Part shown: one piece after another, positions 40,687-49,479 of the stretch
Layout of the letters: every line of letters starts with the position of its first letter
Numbering within the stretch: position 1 is the stretch's first letter
From: an uncultured Acidobacteriota bacterium
GTDB lineage: Bacteria > Acidobacteriota > Vicinamibacteria > Fen-336
Direction: 5' to 3'
DNA: 64,000 nt
Assembly: GCA_963720545.1 (NCBI GenBank)
Contig: OY970399.1
Span: 3,968,001-4,032,000 of the forward strand
The notes under the pieces: generated by a model
What the model was told of the DNA's origin: nothing
Database searches by the model: none
What the model saw: only the letters and a program-made list of their open reading frames with translations
Translations under genes and position numbers: made by a program

Positions 40687-42447
40687 ATGTCGGAAACGCT
40701 CAAAGCCAGTCCTGCGCCTGCAGACGCAGCCGAAGTGTCCGAAAAACCCATGTTCAACGCCGAGGAGTACGAACGCCTCCTCGACATGTACGACGTCAGC
40801 TTCAAGAACTTCGCCGAGGGCGAGGTGGTGCGCGGTGTCGTGCTGCGCGTCGGCTCGGGCGAAGCGATCGTCGACGTGGGCTACAAGTCGGAAGGCATCA
40901 TCTCGCTCGACGAGTTCAAGGACGAGACGGGCCAGGTCACGATCAAGGCAGGCGACATCGTCGAGGTGCTGCTCGAGAAGACCGAGGACCGCGACGGCTA
41001 CATCGTCCTGTCGAAGGAAAAAGCCGAGAAGATGAAGGTCTGGGACGACGTCGAGCGCGCCTATCAGGAGCGCCGCGTGGTCACCGGACGAGTGATCGAA
41101 CGAGTGAAGGGCGGGCTCGCCGTCGACATCGGCGTGCGCGCGTTCCTGCCGGGCAGCCAGGTGGACGTGCGGCCGGTGCGCAACCTCGACGCGCTGAAGG
41201 GGCAGGAGCTCCGCATGCGCGTCATCAAGGTCAACAAGAAGCGCGGCAACATCGTGCTCTCGCGCAAGGCGGTCCTCGAAGAGGAGAACTCCGAACGCAA
41301 GCGCGACACCCTCGAGAACCTCGAGGAGGGCCGCATCGTCGTCGGCTCGGTCAAGAACATCACCGACTACGGCGCCTTCATCGACCTCGGTGGCATCGAC
41401 GGGCTGCTGCACATCACCGACATGTCGTGGGGCCGCATCAACCATCCGAGCGAGGTCCTGAACGTCGGCGACGAGATCAAGGTGCAGATCCTGAAGTTCG
41501 ACCGCGACACCGAGCGCGTCTCGCTCGGCCTGAAGCAGTTGAAGGGCGATCCCTGGAGCACGGCGCCTGCGAAGTACCCGACCGGCAGCCGCGTCAAGGG
41601 CAAGGTCGTTAGCCTCACCGACTACGGCGCCTTCGTCGAGCTCGAAGAGGGCGTCGAGGGCCTGATCCACGTTTCCGAGATGTCCTGGTCGAAGAAGGTG
41701 AAGCATCCGTCCAAGGTGCTCGCCGTCGGCCAGGAGGTCGAGTGCGCGGTGCTCGGCATCGACCAGGAAGCGCACCGCATCAGCCTCGGCCTGAAGCAGA
41801 CCGAGTCGAATCCGTGGGAGCAGCTGGTCGCGAAGTACCCGGTCGGCTCGAAGATCAACGGCAAGGTCAGAAACCTCACCGAGTTCGGCGCGTTCGTCGA
41901 GGTCGAAGAGGGCATCGACGGGCTCATCCACATCTCGGACCTCAGCTGGACCAAGCGCGTCAAGCACCCTTCGGAGCTCCTGAAGAAGGGCGACGTGGTC
42001 GAGGCCATCGTCCTCAACGTGGACGCCGAGAACCAGCGGCTGTCGCTGGGCCTCAAGCAACTCGCCACCGACATCTGGGACGAGTTCTTCGCGCACCACA
42101 AGGTCGGCGACATCGTCCAGGGCAAGATCGCACGCCTCACCAACTTCGGCGCGTTCGTCGAACTGGCGGAGGGCATCGAGGGCCTGGTGCACGTCTCGGA
42201 ACTCGACGAGAAGCGCGTCGACAAGCCCGAGGAGCAGTTCAAGGCCGGCGACACCCACCCCATGAAGATCATCAAGATCCAGGAAGGCGAGAAGAAGATC
42301 GGCCTTTCGATCCGCGCGGTCAAGAGCGACGAGGTCCAGAGCGACTTCGCGACCTACCGCGAGAGCATGGGCGACCATCGATCGACACTCGGCGACGCCT
42401 TCCGCGCCGCAGCGGCGAAGGAGTCGGCCGAAGATCAGGAAGAGTAG
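40687..42447 (+). CDS. rpsA: 30S ribosomal protein S1
   Basis: Six S1 repeats: VDVGYKSEG, AFLPGSQVD, YGAFIDLGGIDGLLHITDMSW, RISLGLKQ. Confidence 0.98.
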   Translation: MSETLKASPAPADAAEVSEKPMFNAEEYERLLDMYDVSFKNFAEGEVVRGVVLRVGSGEAIVDVGYKSEGIISLDEFKDETGQVTIKAGDIVEVLLEKTEDRDGYIVLSKEKAEKMKVWDDVERAYQERRVVTGRVIERVKGGLAVDIGVRAFLPGSQVDVRPVRNLDALKGQELRMRVIKVNKKRGNIVLSRKAVLEEENSERKRDTLENLEEGRIVVGSVKNITDYGAFIDLGGIDGLLHITDMSWGRINHPSEVLNVGDEIKVQILKFDRDTERVSLGLKQLKGDPWSTAPAKYPTGSRVKGKVVSLTDYGAFVELEEGVEGLIHVSEMSWSKKVKHPSKVLAVGQEVECAVLGIDQEAHRISLGLKQTESNPWEQLVAKYPVGSKINGKVRNLTEFGAFVEVEEGIDGLIHISDLSWTKRVKHPSELLKKGDVVEAIVLNVDAENQRLSLGLKQLATDIWDEFFAHHKVGDIVQGKIARLTNFGAFVELAEGIEGLVHVSELDEKRVDKPEEQFKAGDTHPMKIIKIQEGEKKIGLSIRAVKSDEVQSDFATYRESMGDHRSTLGDAFRAAAAKESAEDQEE

Positions 42448-42453
42448 CCGCTC

Positions 42454-42780
42454 TTGACGCGAGCCGAGCTCGTCGAAGAGCTGGCCCGTGAGTCCACGCT
42501 GCCTCGCAAGCAGTGCGAGGTGGTGGTGGACGCCGTGTTCGACTCGATCATAGGCGCCCTGCGCGGCGGTGATCGGGTCGAGCTGCGCGGCTTCGGCACT
42601 TTCAGGCTGCGGCGCCGCCGCAGCCGCCGCGGCCGCAACCCCAAGACCGGCGCGCACGTCGTGGTCGAGGCGAAGCGCGTGCCGCACTTCAAGCCCGGCA
42701 AGGAACTGCGCGACCTCGTCAATGTCGATGCCGACGGGGACGCCTCAAGCAGAGAAGGCAAGGGCGAGGACGAAAGCTGA
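42454..42780 (+). CDS. ihfB: Integration host factor beta / HU family protein
   Basis: VELRGFGTF, GRNPKTG, PHFKPGKELR; conserved position after rpsA. Confidence 0.85.
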   Translation: MTRAELVEELARESTLPRKQCEVVVDAVFDSIIGALRGGDRVELRGFGTFRLRRRRSRRGRNPKTGAHVVVEAKRVPHFKPGKELRDLVNVDADGDASSREGKGEDES

Positions 42781-42785
42781 CGGGC

Positions 42786-43268
42786 ATGGAGCGCATCTAT
42801 GCCCCGTGGAGGGCGAAGTACGTGCAAGGCGGCGTCAACGAACCCGGCTGCGTCCTGTGCAAGGCATACGCGGCGCGCGACCAGGAAGAGAGCCTCGTGC
42901 TGCAGACCGGGCGCGAGAATTTCGTGCTCCTCAACCTCTACCCGTACACCTCCGGGCACCTGATGGTGGCGCCCGTGCGCCACGTCGCGAGCCTCACCGA
43001 GGCGACGCCCTCCGAACTGGCCGAGATGATGACGCTGGCCCGCACCGCTGAAGCGGCGCTGCGCGAGACCTACGACGCGCAGGGGTTCAACATCGGCATG
43101 AACCTCGGCAAGGTGGCGGGCGCGGGCGTCGAAGGCCACCTGCACCTGCACGTGGTGCCGCGCTGGGGCGGCGACACCAACTTCATGAGCGCGGTGGGCA
43201 ACACCCGGGTGCTGCCCGAGGACCTGCAGACCACGCGCCGAAAGCTGCTACCGCTGTTCGTGCGATGA
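42786..43268 (+). CDS. HIT family protein
   Basis: APWR..Y, CVLC, LNLYPYTSGHLMV, GFNIGMN.G..AGAG, HLHLHVVPRWGGD. Confidence 0.93.
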   Translation: MERIYAPWRAKYVQGGVNEPGCVLCKAYAARDQEESLVLQTGRENFVLLNLYPYTSGHLMVAPVRHVASLTEATPSELAEMMTLARTAEAALRETYDAQGFNIGMNLGKVAGAGVEGHLHLHVVPRWGGDTNFMSAVGNTRVLPEDLQTTRRKLLPLFVR

Positions 43269-44095
43269 AGTTCGCCAAGGCAACCGGCCTCGGCAACGAT
43301 TTCATCCTGGTCGAGGCTGCGAACGTGCCGCACGATTCGGCGCCGTGGGCGCAGCGGCTCTGCGACCGCCACTTCGGCATCGGCGGCGACGGCATCCTGG
43401 TGTACGCGCCGATCGACGGCGGCGTTTCGATGCGCCTCATCAACCACGACGGCAGCGAAGCCGAGATCTCCGCGAACGGCGTGCGCTGCCTCGCGGCATT
43501 TGCAGTCGCCCGGGGCATCGCTGCGCCGCGCCACGAGGTGGATGCCACCGGGCGGCGAGCGGTCGAGGTGACTGAGGCCTCGGGCAATCGCTACCTGGTG
43601 CGCACCGACCTCGGCGCGCCGCGGCTGCGCAGCGACCAGATCCCGATGGACCTGCCCGAGTCGCCGACGGTCATCGCGCATCCCATCGAAGCCGCAGGCG
43701 AGCGCCTCGCGATCACCGGCGTCAGCTTCGCCAACCCGCACGGCGTCGTGTTCATGGACGAGGTCATCGGCGACGAGCGGCTGCGGCTGCTCGGCCACGC
43801 GCTCGAGCGCCACCCGATCTTCCCGCAGCGCGCCAACATCGAGTTCGTCACCGTGCTCTCCCGCACGCGGCTGCGCATGCGCATCTGGGAGCGCGGCGTC
43901 GGCGTGACGCTCGCGTCGGGCACCGGCTCCGCCGCCTCCGCCACCGCGGCCATCCTGAACGGCCTTTCCGACCGAGAGGTGACGGTCGAGTGCGACGGCG
44001 GCTCGCTGCTGTGCGCCTGGACGGAAGGCGGCCACCTCATCCAGCAGGGCGAGGTGGAACTGCTGTTCGAAGGCGACTGGCTGCCGGTTCTCTAG
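43265..44095 (+). CDS. dapF: Diaminopimelate epimerase-family protein with Ser at both catalytic positions
   Basis: GLGNDF, CDRHFGIGGDG, DGSEAEISANG, NPH, NIEF, ERGVGVTLASGTG. Confidence 0.88.
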   Translation: MKFAKATGLGNDFILVEAANVPHDSAPWAQRLCDRHFGIGGDGILVYAPIDGGVSMRLINHDGSEAEISANGVRCLAAFAVARGIAAPRHEVDATGRRAVEVTEASGNRYLVRTDLGAPRLRSDQIPMDLPESPTVIAHPIEAAGERLAITGVSFANPHGVVFMDEVIGDERLRLLGHALERHPIFPQRANIEFVTVLSRTRLRMRIWERGVGVTLASGTGSAASATAAILNGLSDREVTVECDGGSLLCAWTEGGHLIQQGEVELLFEGDWLPVL

Positions 44096-44673
44096 CGAGC
44101 CTTCGTCGGACGCCGTGGCGGCGCGCAGGCGGCCTTCGCCTGGGCGACGGCTTCCTTCACCACCGGGACTTCTTCGTGGACCGACACCAGGTCGGCTTCG
44201 TCGAGGTGGCGCTGCATCGTCTGCGTGAAGTCCTGCGCCTGGTCGAGCAGGCTCTGGCAGTCGTTGGGGGCGGGCACGGTCGGCGCGGGGGTTGCCGCCT
44301 TTGCGGGAAAGCGGCGGGCGAGGATGGCGAGCGCTTCCGACGATTCCTTGACGACAGCCGAGGCTGTCACCTGCAGCTCGCGCTTCGCGGCTTCCGACGC
44401 TTCGAGGGCAGCGCGGGCCTTCTGGGTGGCGTCGAGCGCCGCCGACAGCGCCGGGCGATAGTCGCGAACCTTCACCTTCTCGCGCGCGGTGTCGAGCGCC
44501 GCTTCTGCTTCGTCGACCGCCGCGGCCGCGAACACGTCGGCATCGCCGTCCAGTGCTCGCTGGAATTCCGACTGTGCGATCTCGAGTTCCTTGGTGGGAG
44601 GGCTGTCGCAGCCGGCGGCGACGAAGGCCGAGGCGGCGGTGCACAGGGCGAGGAACGGGTTGCGCCGGATCAA
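44092..44673 (-). CDS. Helical lipoprotein (DUF4398-like)
   Basis: TTG start overlapping the upstream stop; lipobox-like AAGC then DSPPTKELEIAQ; Ala-rich helices. Confidence 0.65.
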   Translation of the reverse strand: MIRRNPFLALCTAASAFVAAGCDSPPTKELEIAQSEFQRALDGDADVFAAAAVDEAEAALDTAREKVKVRDYRPALSAALDATQKARAALEASEAAKRELQVTASAVVKESSEALAILARRFPAKAATPAPTVPAPNDCQSLLDQAQDFTQTMQRHLDEADLVSVHEEVPVVKEAVAQAKAACAPPRRPTKAR

Positions 44674-45173
44674 GCTGTCACCGCGCCTTTCGCACGGTCG
44701 CCACACCACGCCACGAAGAGCGCCGCCAGTAGCATTGCCGCGTCCTGGGCGAGCAGCAGCATGCCCGCGTGGCGGCCGCTTTCGCTCACCGAGAAGCAGC
44801 CGCAGTTGGCGATGTCGATGCCGCGGTAGAGCGCGTGCGAGACGGCGGCGAGGAAGATGACGAGCAGCGCCGCCAGCACCGCGGCGGCTTCGCGGCGCCA
44901 GACGTTCGCGATGAGGCACAGGCCGGCGACGAGTTCCAGCCAGGGCAGCACCACCGCGAAGACGTTGGGAACGAGCGGCGGCAGGGCCGGGCTCGGGCCG
45001 ATCAACTGGTAGTGATAGACGATGCGGGCGAACTCGGCGGGCTTCCAGATCTTGTCCAGGCTCGCATAGACGAAGATTGCGCCCAGCACGGCGCCGACCA
45101 GATAGCGAAACGCCGCGGAACGCAGGAAGTTCAGGGCTTTTTCCCGTCGATCGGGTAGCCGGCGTCGGTCCAT
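44670..45173 (-). CDS. MauE/DoxX family membrane protein (true start probably near 45134)
   Basis: LGAIFVYASLDKI, LPWLELVAG, RGIDIANCGCF. Confidence 0.85.
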   Translation of the reverse strand: MDRRRLPDRREKALNFLRSAAFRYLVGAVLGAIFVYASLDKIWKPAEFARIVYHYQLIGPSPALPPLVPNVFAVVLPWLELVAGLCLIANVWRREAAAVLAALLVIFLAAVSHALYRGIDIANCGCFSVSESGRHAGMLLLAQDAAMLLAALFVAWCGDRAKGAVTA

Positions 45174-45583
45174 GCCGGCCAGCCGTCATGCACGACCACC
45201 GCCGGGATGCCGGCGGCCTTCAGCTTGCGTGCGACGTTGTGGCTCGCCTCGCAGCCGAAGCCGCTGCAGTAGACGACGATGTCGAGGCTCGACCGCAGGC
45301 GCTTTTCGGCGGCGGCGAAGGCCGCGTCGTAGGCGTCGTCGGGTACGGAGATGGCGCCGGGGATGCGTTCGAAATCGTAGACGTCGCGCGGCCGTGCGTC
45401 CACGAACAGCGCCCCCTGGTCGAAGCGCTTCTTCGCCTCCTCGACCGCGATGATCTCGTCGCCGGGCTTCACCAGCACGTTGCCCTTCAAGGTCAGGCCC
45501 CGCCCGCTCGCGGCGTTCCAGGTGAGACCCAGGGCGAGCGCGGCGAGCGGCAGGAGCAGGAGGCGTGGGGCGCGCAATTTCAT
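45131..45583 (-). CDS. Exported rhodanese-like domain protein
   Basis: FVDAR, RIPGA, IVVYCSGFGC, GWPAW..AGYP; N-terminal TM. Confidence 0.88.
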   Translation of the reverse strand: MKLRAPRLLLLPLAALALGLTWNAASGRGLTLKGNVLVKPGDEIIAVEEAKKRFDQGALFVDARPRDVYDFERIPGAISVPDDAYDAAFAAAEKRLRSSLDIVVYCSGFGCEASHNVARKLKAAGIPAVVVHDGWPAWTDAGYPIDGKKP

Positions 45584-45676
45584 GAGCGGCAGGATCGAAC
45601 CGTAACACAGCCGCGCGCGGCCCTCAAGAAATGGCGCAAGTCGCCGGATCGTGGTACTTTAGCCGGCCTTAGGCGC

Positions 45677-46432
45677 ATGGCTCCCCTGACCTCCGACGCC
45701 CTCGTCTTGCGCTCGTACCCGCTCCGTGAGCAAAGCCGGATCGTGGTGCTCCTGACCCGTGAAAAGGGCAAGGTTCGCGGTGTCGTACGCGGCGCGCGCG
45801 GCCCCAGGAGCCAAATGGGCGCGGCCCTGGAGCCGCTCTCCGAGGTACGGGTCTCGATCTACGGACGGCAAGGCGCCGAACTCGTCACGCTCGGCGGGCT
45901 GGAGCTTCTCAAGTCGACGTTCGCGGCCGGCAGTCGCGGGCCCGAAGCCGGCATGACGCTTTCCTATATCGCCGACCTCGTCGATGCGTTCAGCGTCGAG
46001 GGCGAAACCGAGGACACGGTCTATCGGCTCGCGCGCACGCTTGCCGACGCGCTGCTGGGCGATACCACGCCCGCGACGCTCGCGCGCTACGCCGAGGCCT
46101 GGATCCTGAAGCTTCATGGCATCTACCCGTCACTCGCGCATTGCGCCACCTGCAGCAGCGCCCTTGCTGGCGGCGAGCTGCGCTATGACGAGCGTGCGCA
46201 CGGCTTCCTTTGCGACAACTGCGGCCGCGCGTCCGGGCCGATGCTCGGGCTCGAGGCGCGGCTTGGCCTGCGCCAGCTGCTCACGACCGCGCCCGCCGAG
46301 TGCGGCGGGATCGACGTTGCCGACCTCGCCGCGATCGAGGCATTCCACCAGAAGCTCATCACGCGCCACCTGGAGCGCGAAGTGCGCTCGTACCGCGTGC
46401 TGCGCGACGTGGCGCGCGAGATGCACCGGTGA
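45677..46432 (+). CDS. recO: DNA repair protein RecO
   Basis: [26 protein letters not shown], CxxC...CxxC. Confidence 0.9.
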   Translation: MAPLTSDALVLRSYPLREQSRIVVLLTREKGKVRGVVRGARGPRSQMGAALEPLSEVRVSIYGRQGAELVTLGGLELLKSTFAAGSRGPEAGMTLSYIADLVDAFSVEGETEDTVYRLARTLADALLGDTTPATLARYAEAWILKLHGIYPSLAHCATCSSALAGGELRYDERAHGFLCDNCGRASGPMLGLEARLGLRQLLTTAPAECGGIDVADLAAIEAFHQKLITRHLEREVRSYRVLRDVAREMHR

Positions 46433-46436
46433 AGCA

Positions 46437-47312
46437 GTGAAGGGCCTGAGCCTGCAGGACCTCATCTTCACGCTCACCACCTTCTGGGCCGAGCGCGGTT
46501 GCCTCATCCAGCAGCCGTGGGATGCCGAAGTCGGCGCCGGCACCATGCACCCGGAGACTTTCTTCCGCGTGCTGCGCTCGACACCATGGAGCGTCGCGTA
46601 CGTGCAGCCGTCGCGGCGTCCCGCCGACGGCCGCTACGGCGAGAACCCGAACCGCCTCTACAAGCATCATCAACTGCAGGTGATCCTCAAGCCGTCGCCG
46701 CCGAGCATCCAGGACGTGTACCTCGACAGCCTCAAGCAGATCGGCATCGATCCGGCGCGCCACGATGTGCGCTTCGAGGAGGACAACTGGGAGTCGCCGA
46801 CGCTCGGCGCGTGGGGCATCGGCTGGCAGGTGCTGCTCGACGGCCAGGAGATCACGCAGTTCACGTATTTCCAGCAGGCGGGCGGCATCGAGCTCGCGCC
46901 GATCTCCGCGGAGATCACGTACGGGCTGGAGCGCATCGCGATGTACCTCCAGGATGTCGAGAGCGTTTACGACCTGCGCTGGTCCAGGGACGTCACGTAC
47001 CGCGAGGTGCGCCACGAAGAGGAGTACCAGCTGTCGCGCTACTCGTTCGAGGACGCGGACGTGGAACTCTTCCGCCAGACCTTCGACAGGGCGCTCGTCG
47101 AAGGAGCCCGCACGCTCGGGCGCGCGGGAGGGCATTCGTACCTGCCGGCCTACGACTGGTGCCTGAAGGCGTCGCACGCCTTCAACGTGCTCGATGCGCG
47201 GGGCGCCATCTCGGTGAGCCAGCGTGCCGCGATGATCCTCTCGATCCGCAAGCTGGCGTGCGCGGTGGCCGCGGCGTACGTGGCGCCGGAACCGGACGCC
47301 GCCCGTGGCTGA
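46437..47312 (+). CDS. glyQ: Glycine--tRNA ligase alpha subunit
   Basis: [53 protein letters not shown]. Confidence 0.97.
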   Translation: MKGLSLQDLIFTLTTFWAERGCLIQQPWDAEVGAGTMHPETFFRVLRSTPWSVAYVQPSRRPADGRYGENPNRLYKHHQLQVILKPSPPSIQDVYLDSLKQIGIDPARHDVRFEEDNWESPTLGAWGIGWQVLLDGQEITQFTYFQQAGGIELAPISAEITYGLERIAMYLQDVESVYDLRWSRDVTYREVRHEEEYQLSRYSFEDADVELFRQTFDRALVEGARTLGRAGGHSYLPAYDWCLKASHAFNVLDARGAISVSQRAAMILSIRKLACAVAAAYVAPEPDAARG

Positions 47313-49479
47313 GTTCCTGCTCGAGATCGGCTGCGAGGAGATACCCGCGGGCTGGCTTGCCGACCTCGAAAAGCAGTTCGCCGCAGGTGCCTTGAAGGCG
47401 CTGCAGGGTGCCGGCCTCGAACCGGCGGATCTCGTCTCGGCCGCGACGCCGCGTCGGCTCGTCGTCAGCGCGCAGGTCGCGGCTCGACAGCAGGACCGCG
47501 AAACCTCGACGTTCGGCCCGTCGCTCAAGCAGGCGAAAGACGCGGCCGGCAACTGGACGCCGGCGGCGCTCGGCTTCGCCAGGAAGAACGGTGTCGCGCC
47601 CGAGGCGCTGGCGATTGGCCCGAAGGACCCCGCGAAGCCGGGCGAACTGAACCTGCTGTCCGTGCAGAAGGTGCCGGGGCAGGACGCAGCCTCCGTGCTG
47701 CCTGAACTCCTGGCGCCGCTTCTCCGCGGAATCGCCTTTCCCAAGCGCATGAACTGGGACGCGTGGCTCGACGACGGCAAGGGTGCCTTCGCCTTCGGTC
47801 GCCCGATCCGCTGGGTCGTGGCGCTCCTCGGCCGGGCGGTGCTCCCGTTCACGATCTTCGCCACCGTTGACGGCGCCAGGGGCGATGCCTCCGTGAAGAG
47901 CGGGAACGCCACGCGCGGCCATCGTTCGCTCGGGCCGGCCGCGGGGGCCGCGGTCCCGGTCTCGGGTTTTGGCGACCTCGAGGCGAAGCTTGCGCTCAAC
48001 AAGGTGGTGCTGCGCCGTGCTGCGCGCTCGCGGCTCATCCAGGATCAGCTCGCCGCGGCAGTCGGCACAGGCACCATCACGGGGTTCACTCGCATGGCGC
48101 AGGACGAGTGGCCGGATCTCGTCGAGCATCCCGCGGTCGTGTCGGGCGTGGTGCCGGCGGAATTCGCACCGCTGCCGGTCGCGGTGCGCGACACGGTGCT
48201 CGCGCACCACCAGAAGTACGTGCCGTTCACGGATGGCGCGGGCGCGCTGCGCTTTGCCGCGGTCACCAACAACGAGAAGCAGAACGCCGGCGAAATCGTC
48301 CGTGGCATGGAGCGCGTGGTGACAGCGCGGCTGCGCGACGCCGCGTTCTTCTTCGCCGAGGACGGCAAGCACAAACTCGCGGATGCGGCGCAGCGGCTGT
48401 CCGGCGTTACCTTCTTCCACGGGCTCGGCAGCTACGCCGACAAAGCCGAGCGGATGCGGGGGCTGATCGCGGCGATGGCGCAGCTCGGCATGCTCACCGC
48501 GGCTGAGGAACCGCTGGCGCAGCGCGCGGCGCTCCTGGCCAAGGCCGACCTGACGACGCTCATGGTGGGTGAGTTTCCGGAATTGCAGGGCACGATGGGT
48601 GCCTTGTACCTCGCCGCCGAAGGCGCCGACCCGGCCGTCATGCACGCGGTGCGGTGGCACTACGACGGGGTGCCAGGCGAGGCCGAGCCGGGGCAGCCGC
48701 GGGTAACCGCGGCCGTGGCGCTCGCCGACAAGCTCGACACGCTGGCGGCCCATTTTGCAGCCGGTAACATTCCCTCCGGCAGCCGCGACCCCTATGGACT
48801 GCGGCGCGCCGGCCTCGAGGCAGTGCGCGCAGCACTCTTCTCCTGGCCCGACGGCGGCAGGCGGCTCGACCTGCGTGCCCTGTTGAACAAGGCGCTGACC
48901 GGCGCCGCGGCGTTCGCGAAGCGCCCCGCGGCGGAGATCGCGGCGGACCTGGAGGCGTTCCTGCTGGAGCGCCTGCGCTTCGTACTGGCGAACCGCGGCG
49001 CCGAAAACGGACAGTGGTCGGCCGACGAGGTTGAAGCAGTGCTCGGCGCCCGCGAGCCGGATGCGCTTGGCGACCCGCAGGTGAGCCTGCCGCGCCTACT
49101 CGCGCTGCACGCGGTGCGCAGCCGCAACGCCGACGATTTCACCGCGCTCGCCGCGGCGTTCAAGCGCGTCAACAACATCCTGAAGCAGGCCGGCTACGCG
49201 CGTCCGTGGATTTACGAAAAGGCATTCACCGAACCCGCGGAGAAGGCACTGGCAGCCGCGCTCGCGGCGGCAGCCAACAACATCAAGAGCAGCGACGATC
49301 GGGCCGCCAGCCTCGCCATACTGGCCAGCCTGCGGCCGCACGTCGACAGGTTCTTCGATGAGGTGATGGTCATGGCCGACGACCCGGCGGTGCGGCGGGC
49401 GCGCCTGGGACTGCTGGGCGACCTGGTGGAACCGTTCTACCGCGTGGGTGACATTTCGAAACTTGGAGGTCAAGGGTGA
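47305..49479 (+). CDS. glyS: Glycine--tRNA ligase beta subunit
   Basis: [50 protein letters not shown]. Confidence 0.96.
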   Translation: MAEFLLEIGCEEIPAGWLADLEKQFAAGALKALQGAGLEPADLVSAATPRRLVVSAQVAARQQDRETSTFGPSLKQAKDAAGNWTPAALGFARKNGVAPEALAIGPKDPAKPGELNLLSVQKVPGQDAASVLPELLAPLLRGIAFPKRMNWDAWLDDGKGAFAFGRPIRWVVALLGRAVLPFTIFATVDGARGDASVKSGNATRGHRSLGPAAGAAVPVSGFGDLEAKLALNKVVLRRAARSRLIQDQLAAAVGTGTITGFTRMAQDEWPDLVEHPAVVSGVVPAEFAPLPVAVRDTVLAHHQKYVPFTDGAGALRFAAVTNNEKQNAGEIVRGMERVVTARLRDAAFFFAEDGKHKLADAAQRLSGVTFFHGLGSYADKAERMRGLIAAMAQLGMLTAAEEPLAQRAALLAKADLTTLMVGEFPELQGTMGALYLAAEGADPAVMHAVRWHYDGVPGEAEPGQPRVTAAVALADKLDTLAAHFAAGNIPSGSRDPYGLRRAGLEAVRAALFSWPDGGRRLDLRALLNKALTGAAAFAKRPAAEIAADLEAFLLERLRFVLANRGAENGQWSADEVEAVLGAREPDALGDPQVSLPRLLALHAVRSRNADDFTALAAAFKRVNNILKQAGYARPWIYEKAFTEPAEKALAAALAAAANNIKSSDDRAASLAILASLRPHVDRFFDEVMVMADDPAVRRARLGLLGDLVEPFYRVGDISKLGGQG

